DNA from: Eledone cirrhosa
Lineage: Eukaryota
Assembly: GCA_964016885.1 (NCBI GenBank)
Contig: OZ024751.1
Coordinates: forward strand, 50,902,001-50,966,000
Direction of reading: 5' to 3'
Length of the DNA: 64,000 nucleotides
How positions within the stretch are numbered: position 1 is the first letter of the stretch; each line of letters starts with the position of its first letter. Positions 26,175 to 38,949 of the stretch are shown piece after piece. The notes under the pieces are model-generated. The model was not told where the DNA came from and ran no database searches. It saw only the letters and a list, made by a program, of their open reading frames with translations. The position numbers were made by a program, and so were the translations under genes.

Positions 26175-26974
26175 TATACTTTCAGTATTGCAAATGTTTT
26201 TGTTTTTGAAATATTAAACTTCCTTATTGCTACAGATGGTGGCTGTGTTAGGGGAAGTATATAGAGGGGTTTTTTTTATTATTATTAGTTCTTCACTTCC
26301 TTAACTCACCTAAGAATCAAGGGGAGCAGGGAAGAAATTTACTGTGGAATTCTTATATTGAAGAATACATTATTGATTTCCTGTTCTTAAGGCATGTCTC
26401 TGCTCATCTACTCTCCTGGTGAATTGACTGTAAAAGTATCAGAACAGTATTTATTCTCACTCCTTATGTTCTTTGTTCAAATCCCACTGAGGTCAACTTT
26501 GCCATTTATCCTTCCAAAGGAGGGGATTGATAAAATACAGTACCAGTCAAGTACTGGGGTCAATTTAATAGACTAACCTCGCTATCACTTTCAGAGTTGA
26601 CGAAATAAAACAAACGGTTAAGGATGATGGATTGGCAGACTTGTTAGAGCTGGTCATATGTAGCAGGTTTAGAATAGGTACACAATATCTCTGCATATTG
26701 TAATAAATGACTAAAACGGTTGGTGTTGGGAAGGGAAACCAGCTATAAAAAAATTGCCTCAAAAAGTCCTCTCCAACCCATGCTAGCATGGAAAAGTCAA
26801 CATAAAAATAACGATGATGGTGATGATTGGATTGTACTTGTTATGGCGCTTTATGTTCTAAGCTCAAATTCTGTAATGACCTACTTAATACTAGACTTAA
26901 TCCACTGACCAATTTAACACTACCACATGGTACTTGGGTGCCTTTAGTAGAGTCCACTACTAAAGCATTTAGGT

Positions 26975-27735
26975 TGTAGTGGCTGAGATGGTCGCTTGGT
27001 AGCTAGCAGTTGCCTCCCCTTAACAACCCTTCAGGGAAGGGAGGCAAAAATACACCCGGACACAGCCACAGGTTCACACACTCTTTTTTGGACCACGGAC
27101 ATGAACAGACGTGGAAAGACCCGCTCCTCAAAATATTGACGTTGTAGGAAATTTACTAAATTATTGCATTAAATAAAATGATTGTTAGACTTGATTGTGC
27201 ATTTATTTATTCGACAAAGAGAAACATCACTGGCCAAATGAATGGCGGAGCCCAATGAGAGGCTCTTGACCTGGTGCCGAAAAGGCAATGAGGCGCCTGG
27301 CCTTAGCCAGGCGTCCTCTGCCAGCCGCGTTTGCCTGGCAATCAAAACGAAGCTGAGCGACACTTGGCTGGTAACCATTGGGATTGTAGCGGTTGTCTCC
27401 CTTGTTTTGGTTGGGATCTGGACGGGAGGTGGAGCCCTTTCTGCGACTTCCGGTCAGAGCCCTATAAAACTGGCGGCTTTGAGCTTCCTTTCTCTCTTTG
27501 CCTTTTCGGCACCAGGTCAAGAGTCTTCTCATTTGGCTCTGCCATTAATTTGGCCAACAGGCGCCTGGCCTTAGCCAGGCGCCCTCTGCCAGCCGCGTTT
27601 GCCTGGCAATCAAAACGGTAACTACTAACTTTGTTTCATTCTAACATCTATCTTTGACATGTCAAGTATTCTATCTACCGTTAATTAAATATTATATACA
27701 CAAACATTGTCTCGTTTTGTTACATTCATACTACA
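26975..27735 (+). mobile_element. Possible solo LTR with internal inverted and direct repeats
   Basis: TGTAGT...ACTACA termini, TATAAAA at 27463, ATTAAA near 27684; no clear TSD. Confidence 0.45.
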
Positions 27736-29180
27736 AACCAGTCCTCCTCGCTATAAGGTCATCTCTCAAGTTTGAAGATATTTTCTTCTCTCTCTCCTAC
27801 CAGCAGGGAGGACCTGAAATAGGATCATGGGCACGCCTCTTCCCTCCCTAACTAAACAGAAAAAGGGATCTAACCAAATTGTTAAATTTTGGATGGCATA
27901 CCTTGCTGGATTTTTTCCAGCATTGCATTTACAGTAACAATGTTGTCATGGCCTTACTTGGGCTGCAGACTTAATCCATCGCACAGTTTAATGCCAGCAA
28001 CTGACCCCTAGGTACTTTTAGTGCAGTCCGCTCTGTAACAAGTATTCAAACCAGGTCTCTGGTTTGAGGATATCTTCATCTCTCCTCCACCCTACTCCCT
28101 GCCACCAGTCAAAAAGGGGCCATTAGCACTATCCTCCATTTAAACTAAACAGTATCTGCTATAAATGTCAGCAAAATTTGCCTCAAATCATATCCTAACA
28201 TCTTTACAAAGAAACAAAACAAACAAAAATAAAACATTCGAATGTGTAGTCCTAGATAGACTATGGCTGAACAAAAGATGTAAGGGCTATTCACTGCCAG
28301 AACACCTTTGGTTATAGTTCTGCTCAACTACAACAACAGCAACAAATCAGGATTGTGCAACAACCAAAAAAAGGTTAAAAAATAAATTTGAAAATAAACT
28401 TGAAAATGTAAAAAATGTACATTTAATTATATTAGGAGAGAGAATGAGAGGAGATTGTGAAAAAGTAGAAGAGAGACAGAGAGTGAAAGAAACAAAATTA
28501 GAGAAAAAAGAAAAAAATAGAACCAGATAGAAAGTTTTTTTTTTAAATAAATAGAGTAGGTTTTGTTTTTTTTTGTTTTGTTTTTTTGTTATGATGTCAG
28601 AAAGTGGAGAGGTTTTTTTTTGTTTGTTTTTTTTTTGCAGTCTGGTTCAATAGGTTTGAATTTGTGGGCCCCAGCATCAGTATAATCCACCCAAACTTAA
28701 ATTAGATTCCTCCTCTTCCTCTCTCTTCTCTCTTACATACACACTATCCAGCCAACACCCAAATACCAGAACATCATTGAGATGATGTACATGAGTAATG
28801 ATGATGATGATGATGAAATGAATGGATGATCAGAGGTAACTAACTAACTAACAGTACAAGAACACCTTGGCACATTGCTAGTAACTTGAAACAACTTCAA
28901 ACATTGTACAATAATGAAGCTGGAATTAAACAGCATCACCATTGTTTTTACAGCCACTTATCTCCGTACTAGCGTAGGCTGGAGACTTTTTGAGGCAAGC
29001 TTTCTATGGCCAGATGCTCTTCCTGATGCCAACTTATACTGTATTTTAAGTATGGTATGGTATGTATCTATTATATATATATATATATAGTTCAGATGAA
29101 TTTCATAATAAATATCCAAAGTTGGTAAAGCACTCAATCTGAAGAATAAGTTGTGTTAAATAAAAAATTTACAACAGGAA

Positions 29181-29333
29181 ATTTTCTGAATACACAAGTC
29201 TCACTGGGTGAGTCTAACAGACCCTCTCAAATCCTCAGTTCAGCCATCTTAGAATGAAACCTAAGATGGCAGAACTGAGGAACTGAGAGGGTCTGTTAGA
29301 CTTACCCAATGAAATACATGTTTTCAGAAAATG
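29181..29333. repeat. ~70-bp-arm inverted repeat; each arm resembles a decayed hammerhead
   Basis: Arms 29181-29251 and 29261-29333 are near reverse complements. Confidence 0.8.
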
Positions 29334-29933
29334 TACTGTTGATGTAATAAAAGATGTTATATATATAAATCAGACCAAGGAAACAATGTTTCCATTGATC
29401 TTTCCATTACTGATACTATCTACCAGTCCCAAGCAGGTTGTTCTATTGAACTACAAAAACACTCATTGTTGGAACCATTGGAAGTCGAACACACAACACA
29501 TCCAGTTGAGCATACTAATCTTATTGCTTTCCTATCTTATCAATCATCTATCCTTTGTTTGAAGAAAGAGAAAGAATATTTTTGTTGCCAGCAGAGATAA
29601 TAGCTCCCTGAACTTTTGCCACCCCATTTTTATTCTGGCTACTATACTTTTGAATCACCCTAATCCACTACCAATTTCATCATCAAGGTAACAGAATCTA
29701 TCAACTATGGAGCCTTCCTAGAATTGGAAAGAGTTTATTTCACTGGTCACACACAAAATCTCTTCTCTGTTTAGGCTGCTTGTGCTCTTGCTACATCCAT
29801 CATAAAAAGCGACATATTGGAAGATTCACTACCCATTCCTTTCCTTTTCAGGCAATGGCCTACATCAGCTTCACCAGTTTAAGGTGGACAGCAAGAGAAA
29901 TTCAAAGAAATCAGACTACAATAACAATTTTAA

Positions 29934-30156
29934 TCCTTTAGCATTTAAACTGGTCGTATCCTGCCAGAATTCTCTCATCTCTTTCTTTTTAAACTGGCTG
30001 TAACTGGCCACTCATACTGATGTTAAGGAGTTGTTCTCAAAATGAATAATATCAAAATCTCAGATTCAATATTATGCGAGATAATTTTGTGAAATAAAGT
30101 GTTTACCATGAAAATACAATAATATATATATATAGAGTAATGTAAATGCTAAAGGG
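29934..30156. mobile_element. piggyBac-like MITE family B
   Basis: ttaa|tcctttagcattt...aatgctaaaggg|ttaa. Confidence 0.8.
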
Positions 30157-30956
30157 TTAAAATGGTGTATGTGTGTGTGTGTGAGTGAGAATACATGAAC
30201 TATTCTGTGTAAGTAATATATATTACATATGCATATATATACAAGAGATCACAGTTATACAGTACAATAGAAAATTCAAAGACAGAATCTTAGAGAAGTG
30301 AAGAGGAGGATGTGGAAAGAGAGGGGAGGTGGAGAGGGCAGAAGGAAGGATGGGGGGGGGGGGGGGTGAAGGAGAGAGTTGGGTAGATATATATATATAA
30401 TATATATATATATAACGATGGAAAAAGTAACTAAATATCTACTCTCCTTATCCTAACTGATGTGTTGTGGTCTTTATCCATTGCTACATCTACAAGACAG
30501 AAGTGAACGGGACAGGGGAGAGAGAGGCAGAAGTGAAAGGAAGGAAGTGTGAGTCTGAGAGAGAGAGAAAGAGGGAAAATAGAGAGAAAGAGAGAGGAGG
30601 GGAAATAGAGAGAAAGTTAGAAAATGGGTAATTCTGAGGATGAGTAAAATAGTAGGCGCGAGGGTGTATAATATACATATACACATATACACTGTATATG
30701 TGTACACACACACACACACACAAATATATGTATATATAGTAGGAGATGGATAAATTCCACCACTTCAGTATTGAGGGAAAGTGCTTTCTAGACGTAGTAG
30801 TGCCCCACATCAGTATACAGTGGAAACAGATGTCCTCCACCACACCACTAAAGTAAGAAGGTGACTAGTGAAGCAGCCCACGGCACCATTTTAAGGAAGG
30901 GAACTAGGAAGGAAGTGATACAGGCGTAGACATGGATGCGGTTCATAGCAATATGA

Positions 30957-30959
<3 letters not shown>

Positions 30960-31006
<47 letters not shown>

Positions 31007-31025
31007 TGGGTGTGGGTGTGGTTGT

Positions 31026-31101
<76 letters not shown>
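30960..31101. repeat. (GT)n microsatellite
   Basis: Seen directly. Confidence 0.95.
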
Positions 31102-31104
<3 letters not shown>

Positions 31105-31381
31105 AATGTATGTATATGGCAAACGGATGGCAACATCATGAGCTATATATAGAGATAGATATGTGTGTGTTGACAGATGTAGTAACGGATGCTATTCACA
31201 ACATCACCGGCGAGATGATGTTAAGCAAACCAAGCCATCGAAACAAGAGAGGTAGAAGACGGTATGACTGGGGAATGATAAGTCGCGGCGATGGATGCAG
31301 TCTACAACATCACATTGCGGGCAGGATGCTGTGAATTGGAATCTAGTGACGTCGATGAAGTGGTATGAGGGTGAACCCAAG

Positions 31382-31581
31382 NNNNNNNNNNNNNNNNNNN
31401 NNNNNNNNNNNNNNNNNNNNNNNNNNNNNNNNNNNNNNNNNNNNNNNNNNNNNNNNNNNNNNNNNNNNNNNNNNNNNNNNNNNNNNNNNNNNNNNNNNNN
31501 NNNNNNNNNNNNNNNNNNNNNNNNNNNNNNNNNNNNNNNNNNNNNNNNNNNNNNNNNNNNNNNNNNNNNNNNNNNNNNNNN
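31382..31581. other. Assembly gap (200 N)
   Basis: Run of N. Confidence 1.
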
Positions 31582-31999
31582 GAGAATCTGCATTTCTACT
31601 AATAAATCCTTCAATCAAAGTTTCCGACAAATGTTCCCTATGAGTTTCGTCGGAGATTTTGAAAATGGTCCAAGGTTTGGGAAGAGAGAAAAATGGGATT
31701 GCCCAACTAACTGGTATTTTCCTTAAATACACAGCAAAAAATTTCAGTTTTCGAAACTTAACCAACGCCATTCCAACCAGTCGTGCGTTTATGGTTTTGT
31801 TTTGTTGTAACCAACGATCTTATTTACCACTAATGTTTTTATAGTATAGAATATACGACGTATAAAAATCATCTTCCATCAACACTCAGGTATATTTTCT
31901 AGTTGGATTAGAAAAAAAAATAATACATTATCTATCGATCTTGATGCAGATATTTTAACAAAGAACGAAAAAGAAAAACACCAAAAAGTAATCTGTGAA

Positions 32000-32658
32000 T
32001 ACCTATATCTATGTGTATGTCTATAAAATATAGATATGTATATCTCTATAAAATATAGATGTATATATCTATATAAAATATAGATGTGTATGTCTATATA
32101 ATATATAGATGTGTTTGTCTTGTATATCTATATAATATATAGATGTGTATATCTATATAAAATATAAATGTGTATGTCTATATAAAATATAGATATGTAT
32201 ATCTATATAAAATATAGATGTATATGTCTATATAAAATATAAATGTGTATGTCTATATAAAATATAAATGTGTATGTCTATATAAAATATAAATGTGTAT
32301 GTCTATATAAAATATAGATGTGTATGTCTATAAAATATAGATGTATATATCTATATATAATATAAATGTATATATCTATATAAAATATAGATGTGTATAT
32401 CTATATAAAATATAAATGTGTATGTCTATATAAAATATAGATGTGTATGTCTATAAAATATAGATGTATATATCTATATAATATAAATGTGTATGTCTAT
32501 AAATGTATATATCTATATAAAATATAGATGTGTATGTCTATATAAAATATAAATGTGTATATCTCTGTATAATATAGATGTGTATGTCTATATAAAATAT
32601 GTGTGTATCTATAAAATATAGATGTATATATCTATATAAAATATGTGTATGTCTATAT
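32000..32658. repeat. ~22-24-bp AT-rich minisatellite (tctatataaaatatagatgtgtat)
   Basis: Seen directly. Confidence 0.9.
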
Positions 32659-32856
32659 TAGACCTGCCAACCTCTAAAAACCCAAACGGGGAATACCATG
32701 AAAAAAAAGTGTCCCAAAACGGGGAGAAATGAGGCAAAATGGGGAGATTTTACACAATGAAAGCTGTACCCATTTTCACAAAAGAAGACATCTCTCACCC
32801 ACCCCAAAAGGGTTAGGAGATCTCCCCGTCGGACGGGGGAGAGTTGACAGGTTTGC
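32659..32856 (+). mobile_element. hAT-like MITE; inverted second copy at 58202-58373
   Basis: agacctgccaacct...agttgacaggttt termini; shared interior (gaggcaaaatggggagattttac...aagctgtacccattttcac). Confidence 0.65.
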
Positions 32857-33615
32857 TATATGTATGCACAATGATGTATGGTAGTCTAATAAATAAAAAA
32901 GGACTACATAAATGAATAAATAAACAGAAAGAAAGAGAATAAGTCATAAAATAAATAATCTATTTTGTGTGAGAATAAACTATAACGATATTTTGAAGTT
33001 GCAAGAATGTAGGGGAAATAACCCAAATGTTACTGAAAGAATATCTGGCAACTGAAATATCACAGTTTTAACGATTTTAAAAATATATTTTCTGATCGCA
33101 ACAGCTCTGTAGAAAAATCTCAAATTCAGCTCTACAAAAACGATGTTTTTTTTTTAAAGTTGCTGTTTTTATCATTCTGTTTCTCTAAAGTTTTGTCAAC
33201 TTATACATAGTAATTAGAATTAGTTGTTAAGTTGATTTTGCTCTTATAGCTACAGCTTACCCAAGGAGAGATTGAATGCGAGACCACATGATCGAAAAAA
33301 AAAAAAAGATTCTATACACTCCAGTCATTCCTGATGTGAGCATTAATGGTTCCTGGGATTTTATAAAGACAGTAAGATACAGTTTGAGAGTGATAATTTA
33401 GAGTTAGCTGCTATTTCTAGCAGCTCAAATGCTCATGTATAGTTAACTTGTGTAGCATGTGTGTGTAGGTATAGAAAGATCTTTTATTTTATTTTACATG
33501 TTCTTATCATATTTGTTTATATTTGTAGGACAAGCTACAACTCGCAGAATATGCACAGGCGCAACCCACTGCCTCTATAACTTAAACTGAGGATATCTAT
33601 TAATCAAACTTCACC

Positions 33616-34395
33616 ATGACTATGATTGTTCCAACTCGACCACGTAGACCCGTGTATGCAACTCACACAAATCCAGGTCCTTACTACAAATTGAGTCCTT
33701 TACTAGGAGACAAGGGCCATGACATAAACAGCCTCTATCCAAAGAAACCTGCTTACTATATTGGTGTGAAAACAGAGCCACGAAGCCGCACTCATACACC
33801 TGGTCCTTATGTGTTAAATAATCCATTAGTATATCGCGATGGCTTGAATACTACCCCAAAGTTTTCAATGAAGGGCCGGAAAGTAGACTACCCACCAGAG
33901 AAAACTCCAGCACCTGGTGATTATGATGTGATAAAATGTACTCTGTCAGGTGCTGTGTATCCGACACAACCAAGGTGTATTTTTGGCAGGTCTGTATATA
34001 AAGGTTCTCTTGATAACACCCCAGCACCTAACAGTTACACTTTGCCTTCTGTCATGACACGCACGGTTGATGCCAGTAAAAAACAGTCTCCGATCTACAC
34101 TATGCGATCCAGGTTTGTTGTTGACCACGCCTTTGTAAAATATTCCCAGACACCAGGCCCTGCTGCTTACAAACCAACCGAAACCAATCTTGTCAGCAGG
34201 AAAGCTCCAAGTTACACTATGCGACCACTCACTTGTCTTCCAGTAGACAACACTAACAAACCAGGACCCGGTGCTCACAGAAATGAAATCGTCTGGGACA
34301 GCAAAAAAAAAAGAGCGCCTGCATTTACTTTTGGCATTCCACATTCTCAGTATATCACTCCATTTATTGATTGTTGTCCAGAAGACATGCACTAA
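33616..34395 (+). CDS. ODF3: Outer dense fiber protein 3 / CIMAP1-like SHIPPO-repeat protein, uninterrupted 259-aa CDS
   Basis: Six PGP/PAP-Y SHIPPO-type repeats (NPGPYY, TPGPY, TPAPGDY, TPAPNSY, TPGPAAY, KPGPGAH) alternating with P-x-F/Y-S/T motifs; C-terminal APAFTFGIPHSQY; caccATG context; candidate 5'-UTR acceptor at 33527-33528. Confidence 0.9.
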   Translation: MTMIVPTRPRRPVYATHTNPGPYYKLSPLLGDKGHDINSLYPKKPAYYIGVKTEPRSRTHTPGPYVLNNPLVYRDGLNTTPKFSMKGRKVDYPPEKTPAPGDYDVIKCTLSGAVYPTQPRCIFGRSVYKGSLDNTPAPNSYTLPSVMTRTVDASKKQSPIYTMRSRFVVDHAFVKYSQTPGPAAYKPTETNLVSRKAPSYTMRPLTCLPVDNTNKPGPGAHRNEIVWDSKKKRAPAFTFGIPHSQYITPFIDCCPEDMH

Positions 34396-34777
34396 GCATC
34401 ACCACCACAACCACCATCATAATAGTGGCTTTCATCTTCATTCTGTCATTGAAACTGAACTGCCTTTTTTTTTTATGTGATGGTGGACTTCTCCATCGAG
34501 AATGATGTATGAGCACCAGTTGTTTTATCAACTGTATAATCTACACACTGTGACTGAATATTCCAGCCAAGTGTACATAATGTAAATATATATATAAATA
34601 CATACACATATACATACATACATACATACACACACATATATATATATATATATACATACACTACACACACATACATTATCATGAAACTTTTCTATCAATT
34701 CATCTTTTTCTGTGTATGATGATGATGATAACGATAGTGAGAAGATGATACAGACTTTAGAATATGTAGGACTTTAA

Positions 34778-34997
34778 CCCTTTAGCATTCACATTACTCT
34801 ATATATACTATTATATGTTCATGGTAAAAGCTTTACTTCGCATAATTATCTCACATAATATCGAATCTATGAGATTTTGAAAGTATTTATTTTGAGAACA
34901 ATACCTTAACATCAGTTTGAGCGACCAGTTACGACCAGTTTCAACAGAAAGAGGTAGAGAATTCTGGCCGGTTTTGGCCGATTTGAACATTAAAGGG
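34778..34997. mobile_element. piggyBac-like MITE family B
   Basis: ttaa|ccctttagcatt...acattaaaggg|ttaa. Confidence 0.8.
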
Positions 34998-35191
34998 TTA
35001 AATATTGAATAACAATACTAACAACAACAACGATTTTTCGTTACCATAAACTATGAAGTGTAAATGAGAAGGAAAATTATAAAAGACTAAATGTTGTGGC
35101 ATTCATGCCTTCACAGAGATGGCAATGGTTATTTAAATGACCTGTAAGATAAAATTGCATGCTGTTTATTGTTGTTTTTATTGATGTACAC

Positions 35192-38100
35192 CATCATCAT
35201 CATCATCATCATCGTTTAACGTCCGTGTTCCATGCTTGCATGGGTTTGGACGGGAGTTTTCCCACTTGAGGCAAGAGTGGTTGTCTTGCTCGCATAGGAC
35301 TGTCTGGCGGGTTTTCTACAGTTGGATGCCCTTCCTAACACCAACCACATTTACAGTGTGGGGCTGGGAGGTTTTTGCCGTGTTGCCTACACGGCCACAT
35401 TACAGCGAGGACTGTCTGGCAGGTTTTCTACAGCTGGATGCCCTTCCTAACACCAACCACATCTACAGTGTGGGACTGGGACGTTTTTAACGTGTTGCCT
35501 ACACGGTCACATTACAGCGTGGACTGTGTGTTTTTTTTTTTTGTCGTGACACCTACACGATCTCATTTGTTTCGGCCTGGATTTTCTGGCACCAACATAA
35601 CTTTACATTGAAAGGGGCGGTGTGGATGGGGTGGGGGTGGTGGGACGGGGGTGTATTTTGTTAGAGATGCCTACTGACTGTAGTAGGTTTTACTTTGTAT
35701 TCAGGTAACGCGGGTTTTCTCTATTACTGAGTACCGCCAAAGCTCTCGGTCCAGTGACATTGTCTTGGAGAGGTGTAAGTGTGTGAGGTCGGAATTTATC
35801 AGCTCGTCACAGGTTTTTCTGGGTCTGCCTACTCTGTGGCTACCGTCTATCTTTATTGCCCTGCACTTTGTTATACAGCTGTCGTCTTTCATGCGCATCA
35901 CGTGACCATACCAACGTAGCCTTCTCTCGAGTAAACAACATCTGATCCCTCTTATTTCTAATTTTTTCCTTAGTTCGTTTATGCTTTGCCGTTCGCGTAT
36001 ATTACTATTACACATCCAGCGGAGCATGCAGGCTTCGTTCCTCTCTAGTCTGCGTATATCCTCTGCACACAATGCCCAGGTCTCACTGCCGTGCAACATT
36101 GCTGTTCGTATGCAGGCATCATACAACCTGCCTTTCACTTTTAGGGAGAACCCTTTAGCGGCTAATAGTGGTATAAGCTCTCTGAACTTTTTCCATCCAG
36201 TTCTGACTCTAGCTACTGTACTTTCGGAGCACCCTCCCCCACTGCTGATTTTGTCACCCAGGTAACGGAAGCTGTCCACTATTTCTATAGAACCCTCTGC
36301 GCAGTTGAAAGAGTTAGTATTTTGTGGGCACTTACTTCTACTTATTGCACCAGAGCACCGGCCACATGTAAAATCTGTGTTCTTAGTTAGCTTACCTGTG
36401 ATCCCACTACATCTTTTATGCACCCATACTTTGCATTTGGGACATAAAATGGAGTTTCTACCTACGCCTTTCCTACACACTGAGCATGGCCATTTCCCGG
36501 AAGGGACCGGCGCCTTATTTTCTTTCCTACAAATTAGAACTTTAGTCTTAGCCATGTTAATTTTAAGGCCTTTTGATTCTAGGCCGTGCTTCCATGTTTG
36601 GAATTTCTTCTCTAGCTCGGCCATTGATTCAGCTATGAGCGTTAGGTCATCTGCGTATAGGAGTTCCCATGGGCAGCCGGTCTTGAACTCCTCTGTTATA
36701 GCCTGAAGAGCAATAATGAATAGTAGGGGGCTAAGAACAGAGCCCTGATGGACACCAACTTTTACGCTAAACTCTTCACTATATTCGTTGTTAATTCTAA
36801 CCTTGCTCACTGTTTCTTTATACATGGCTTGTATAGCTCTCACAAGCCATTCGTCAACACCTAGTTTTCTAAGAGCCCACCAAATAATGGAACGGGGGAC
36901 TCTGTTGAAGGCTTTCTCCAAGTCGACAAAGGCTAAGTATAGGGGTTTACTTTTAGCTAGGTACTTCTCCTGTAGTTGTCGTACAATGAAAAGAGCGTCT
37001 GTGGTACTTTTGCCTGACACAAACCCGAACTGCATTTCATCTAGATCGATTCTCTCTCTGATTAGTTGCACTATTACTTTTTCCGTGACCTTCATGACCT
37101 GGTCGATTAATTTAATCCCTCTATAGTTACTCCTATCTACGGCGTCTCCTTTACCCTTGTAACAGTTAATGATGATGCTGCTACGCCAGTCCTTCGGAAC
37201 AACCCCATTCTGTATGACTTGGTTTACTATCCGGGTGACCATGGTGTGTCCCACCGTTCCAGAGGCCTTCAGCATCTCAGCAACTATTTCCGAAGGCCCA
37301 GCCGCCTTACCCATCTTCATATCTTTGATTGCCTTACTTATTATACTACCTTCAACTAACACTGCTGGTCCCTCTATTGGATCGATCTGGGGGAGACTAT
37401 CCTTCTCCCATTTATTCTCCTCATTTAGTAGCCTCTCGTAGTGACACTTCCAAGCGACCTTCTTATCAGCGTCAGTGATGGCGAGTACGCCATCATCATT
37501 TAGTACACACTTCTCCCCAACAATATCACGGTTTTCCTTGACACATTGCCTAGCAATCCTGAACACCTTACGTTTTTGGTCCTCGCGTTGTAGAACATGC
37601 TTGAACTTTCTTTCCTCTGCTTCCCTTCTTGCAAAGTACACTTGTCTCCTAGCTTCCCTCCTGGCCACTTGATAGTCTTCTCTACTTCCCCCATCCCGCC
37701 ATATTTTCCAAGCCTGCTTTTTGGCCTTAATCGACTCCTCCACCTTACTGTTCCACCACCATGTTACTCTCCTCCTGCCTATAGGCCTGCTCCGGCCACA
37801 GACTTCGTCTGCCGCCATCAGCAGGTTTGCTTTCAGGAATTCCCACAGTCCCTCTATATTGTCCGACTCTAAATGCTCTTCCTTACTGTCAAAAGCATCA
37901 AGTAATATGCTTTGAAATTTATTTCTGGCTGTGGGGTCCTTTAGCTTCCATATTTTTCTCTTGAGGATAGTCCTCTTCTGCTGTCGAGTACGTCTCGTCC
38001 TGACTATGAGGTCGCTAATTATCAGTCTATGTTAGGAGGTGCATTCTTCATGGGGGAGGGATTTAGTGTTTACAACAGTCACTCTGTCACGTCTTCTGGT

Positions 38101-38690
38101 AAGGATATAATCTACCTGGCTGGTATGTTCCCCTGATCTGTAGGTGATCAAGTGATTGTCTCGTTTTTTGAAGTTAGTGTTACAGATTGTTAGGTTATTT
38201 GCGTCACAGAATTCCAGGATTCTGGAGCCTTCCTCATTTCTAGTACCAAACCCATAGCTTCCATGGATTTCATCATAGCCGTCACAATGTTGTCCAACGT
38301 GACCATTTAGGTCGCCAGCAATAATTATATAGTCACTGTCGGTTATTTGGGAGGTAGTGAGCATCAGTGTCTCATAGAAAGTGTCTTTTATAGCGCCAGG
38401 CAGTCCGGATTGGGGCGCGTACGCAGATATTATCGTCACAGTAGTTCTATTTAGAACAAGTCTTATTTTAATTATTCTGTCGTTTACTCTATTTACATCT
38501 ATTATCTTATCCACCCATTTTTCTGCTAACATGATTCCTACCCCACCCAGCCCATTGTCATTTCCCACCCAGAAAAGCTTATAGCATCGTTTTTTACCCA
38601 CAATGAATCTAGCAGACCCGCCCCTCCACCTGGTCTCTTGGATGCAGCAGACATCAACCTCCTTACGTTCAAGCATTTCTACAACCTACA
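35192..38690 (-). mobile_element. RTE LINE family B, near full length; APE-RT-PHD frame broken by one stop (38032-38034)
   Basis: ORFs 38032-38676 and 35701-37818 share a frame and the 71 codons between them have no stop; 3' UTR and (GAT)n tail. Confidence 0.97.
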
Positions 38691-38949
38691 TTTCTACAAA
38701 CACACACACACATATCAAAGATATGTGTGTGTGTGTTTGTGTATGTAAACAGGTGTATGGTTGGAGACACATGGGTAGACTATGAGTAAGATGGTTGGAT
38801 AACATCCATGAGCTTGATTGATCTCATTTGGGGACTCAACTGGATCAATTGAAAATAGTTGCTTCTGGTAGGACCTTCTGGAAGGCATGCCTGAGGTTTC
38901 TTCCCCCTCCTTCCTATGACCCTCGTAGGAATGAATGATGGGCAAAAGT

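Noticed and set aside
25878-26430. Candidate upstream PTPN9 exons (ag...gt-bounded pieces near 25878-25901 and 26310-26427, minus strand)
   Set aside because: Only splice-like signals, with no recognisable coding homology; RNA evidence is needed
27242-27574. 110-aa ORF with a hydrophobic stretch
   Set aside because: Lies within the repeat-structured element, several frames are open owing to high GC, and no domain is recognisable
31204-31771. ORFs spanning the N gap
   Set aside because: Artefacts of the unresolved sequence
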